From Magallana gigas (Eukaryota), in NCBI RefSeq assembly GCF_963853765.1, contig NC_088859.1, positions 10,912,001 through 10,976,000 on the forward strand: a stretch of DNA of 64,000 bases, written 5' to 3'. Within the stretch, counting starts at the first letter, position 1. Every line of letters begins with the position of its first letter. This document shows positions 61,556-64,000 of the stretch, piece after piece. The notes under the pieces are model-generated. The model had not been told where the DNA came from. It saw nothing but the letters and a program-made list of their open reading frames with translations, and did not search any database. Position numbers and translations under genes: made by a program.

Positions 61556-64000
61556 AGGTTTGTTAGACTTGTTAACATTAGCAATCTTAATCACTGATGA
61601 TGTACTTGACACTAAACACAACAAGAAGTCTCTTTTCTAGGTTTATTTGATTTTATGTAAGAAACATGAAATTGCTGATGTCAGAGTTGAACTTTATATA
61701 AAAAAAACAAGTAACAACTGGTTTCCATGTTAACAAAAAATCTCAGTGGCCAAGAGTACATATATAAATCTATAACTGGCATAATCACCTTATAGATGTA
61801 TTACTAATACAAATATCAACACTGCAATACAAAATACATGTATTACAAATTACATTCAAGTTACAATTACTGAAATGTAATCATACTAGAATTGGTATCC
61901 ACCATGTGTTACAAAATACATGTACCATAAAACCATTGGACTAAGCTAATAACAATAATTTTACATATTGTAAAACCAGTTTAATGCAATCATTTTATAT
62001 TACATATATTACAATATCAAAGCAATATCATGATATCACCATTGTCGTATCCACAGCCTCTGTATTGCAAATTACAACCTCTAAACTATTATCACATTTG
62101 TAATCTTCACCCTCAAAATAAAATTGATTTAAATTGGATAAAAATCAAAATGTAAAGTTGTGACATAACCCAGCAATAACATAACTAAGGTACACAACCT
62201 TTGCCAGATTTTATGATATGGCATATTACAAATCAATCTAACTACAGTAATCAATAAGATTTGTAAAATTAATGGACTGCTACTTTTTCATAAAAATCTA
62301 AATAAAACCTGTTTTAAGCCACACATCAATGACTTTCAACCATTGAATTTCATAAAACAGATAACTATAAGATAAGCTTTGCACTGGAGGGCTGTTAAAC
62401 TTTTCTGATAATGACTTCTAATAAAGCTATTAAACATTCTGTTAATAATATCTGATAAGACTGTTTAACTTAAAATGTCTTAATCATTCTTCATTTATGT
62501 TAAATGTTGTTGGGTGAAGTTCGCCTGATTTTTTATTTTCATCAGATGTAGAGAAAAACACCTCATAGACCAAACAAGTAGCGAAGAATTTAGCAACATC
62601 AGATTTCATTGGATAATCAAAAGATCATTCCGATCTAATTCCAAAGAGAATGAATTCCAATGTTTTAGAAGACAGGTTGAATGTATAATCAACTTGTACA
62701 GTAAAGACATACAAATGAACACAATAAAAACATTACTAGGTCAAACAGATTACTGAAGAGCACTTGAATAAAGGCTCTGGTGATGATAAGGTGATAATTA
62801 TTAAATAAAACAGATACAATGATACAAACTAAAAAAGTTAATATTACATAAAACGGGTTACATGTATATATAAGCTACTCTATGCCTCCAAGTAAAATTG
62901 GTCTCTTTAGAATTCTCAATATTGATAGAAAAAAGTTCTATCTCACAGACACCAAAGAAAACAAGGAAAAACCTCTTTTTTTTAATGTGTGACCATATGA
63001 ATGCCAATGGTTGGTGACAAATCAGGTGAGCTAAAAAATCAGGAGAAAAAATGCTAGATTGACAGGAGTTATAAATACTGAGAGTGATGAAGAGGTAGAG
63101 ATATGTATGGACTAGAGGGGTAGTAAAATAGGGGGACTGGTTTCTGTTGTAGATAAAGTCATATTCTGGTAAGTAGGACAGATATGGAATAAATAGGTCA
63201 AATCACCTTCTTCACTATACATGTCTATATATATATACATGCATGTACATGTAAAAATAAGGATTACTTCATTTTGTAGATAGTTAAGATGGATATCTAA
63301 GAAAGACAGAAGCACAAAAGACTTACAAAATGAAATGATACAAATATACGAATAAAATTAAGATATATAATATTCTTACTTAAATAAAAGTTATTAATCT
63401 GACGATAGTATTACAAGATAAACAACCCACCAGTTTAATTTTGATACATGCATTGTATTGATAGACAATAGTTTTGGGATTACAACCAATTATTGCATTG
63501 TTTATGCTCTCCTGTAATTTCGTCTGACCCAGCTCTGTAATGCCTGGATGAGAGTACATCAGTTCAAGTACTATTAAGGTACAGCTTTGACATTCCTTAC
63601 AGCTCCATGTCAGAATGACTTGGTCAACTCATTAACTTTTTCTTTCCCATGAATAATGCATACCTTATTCTGAATGAATCCTTTACACTTTTGAGAATGG
63701 AAATTTCAACAATTGTGTGAGAACCAGCAAATTTATGAACAATACAGCAGTAAGTTTTGTTAAAATAATCTTTGATTTCATACTTCCAAAATCTGAAGAG
63801 CCTCACTTCTTAATTGGTGGGAAGAAAATTAATATAATAATGTAATAATGAATAATGAAATGATGTACAATGTAACTTTGCCCAGTCATTAATTGTATGT
63901 GGGATTGGCCTTATGGTTTTAAAAATATAGAGCCAGAATTCCATAATTCAAGTATACAGAACAGAAAGTGACAGATTTTAGTGACCTATACTTAGACTTA

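Noticed and set aside
63480-63620. Open minus-strand frame (..ELMYSHPGITELGQTKLQE..)
   Set aside because: Bounded by stops, no convincing splice sites and no recognisable homology. The 61.6-64 kb region looks like AT-rich UTR or intron of a gene outside the window.

Overview
AT-rich animal genomic DNA. The Cg170-type ~166-bp satellite monomers, Helentron/HINE ends and tRNA-derived SINE heads point to a Crassostrea/Magallana oyster (inference). I rebuilt five spliced genes by hand from splice sites and frame continuity. (1) A 5'-partial PHYKPL/ETNPPL-family class III PLP enzyme (minus, runs off the left edge). (2) A complete GFPT/GFAT (minus, 678 aa). (3) A complete DNA polymerase beta (plus, 338 aa, one GC-AG intron). 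(4) A complete 4E-BP (minus, 118 aa). (5) A BPI/LBP-family gene that appears to encode only the N-terminal lipid-binding domain plus an acidic/poly-Arg tail (minus, 5' end unresolved). Highlights: a tandem pair of intact 162-nt exons in GFAT that look mutually exclusive, with flanking RBFOX motifs and a candidate RNA pairing; a frame-preserving microexon at the position of vertebrate GFPT1 exon 8A; candidate alternative first exons in the PLP enzyme; the single-domain BPI-like gene; a 2.2-kb self-nested array of a hairpin-ended (Crypton-like) element upstream of 4E-BP; and a twice-present ~750-bp element carrying Pol III A/B boxes. Most ORFs in the supplied track are exon read-throughs or repeat artefacts. 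All homology statements come from recalled reference sequences, not database searches.
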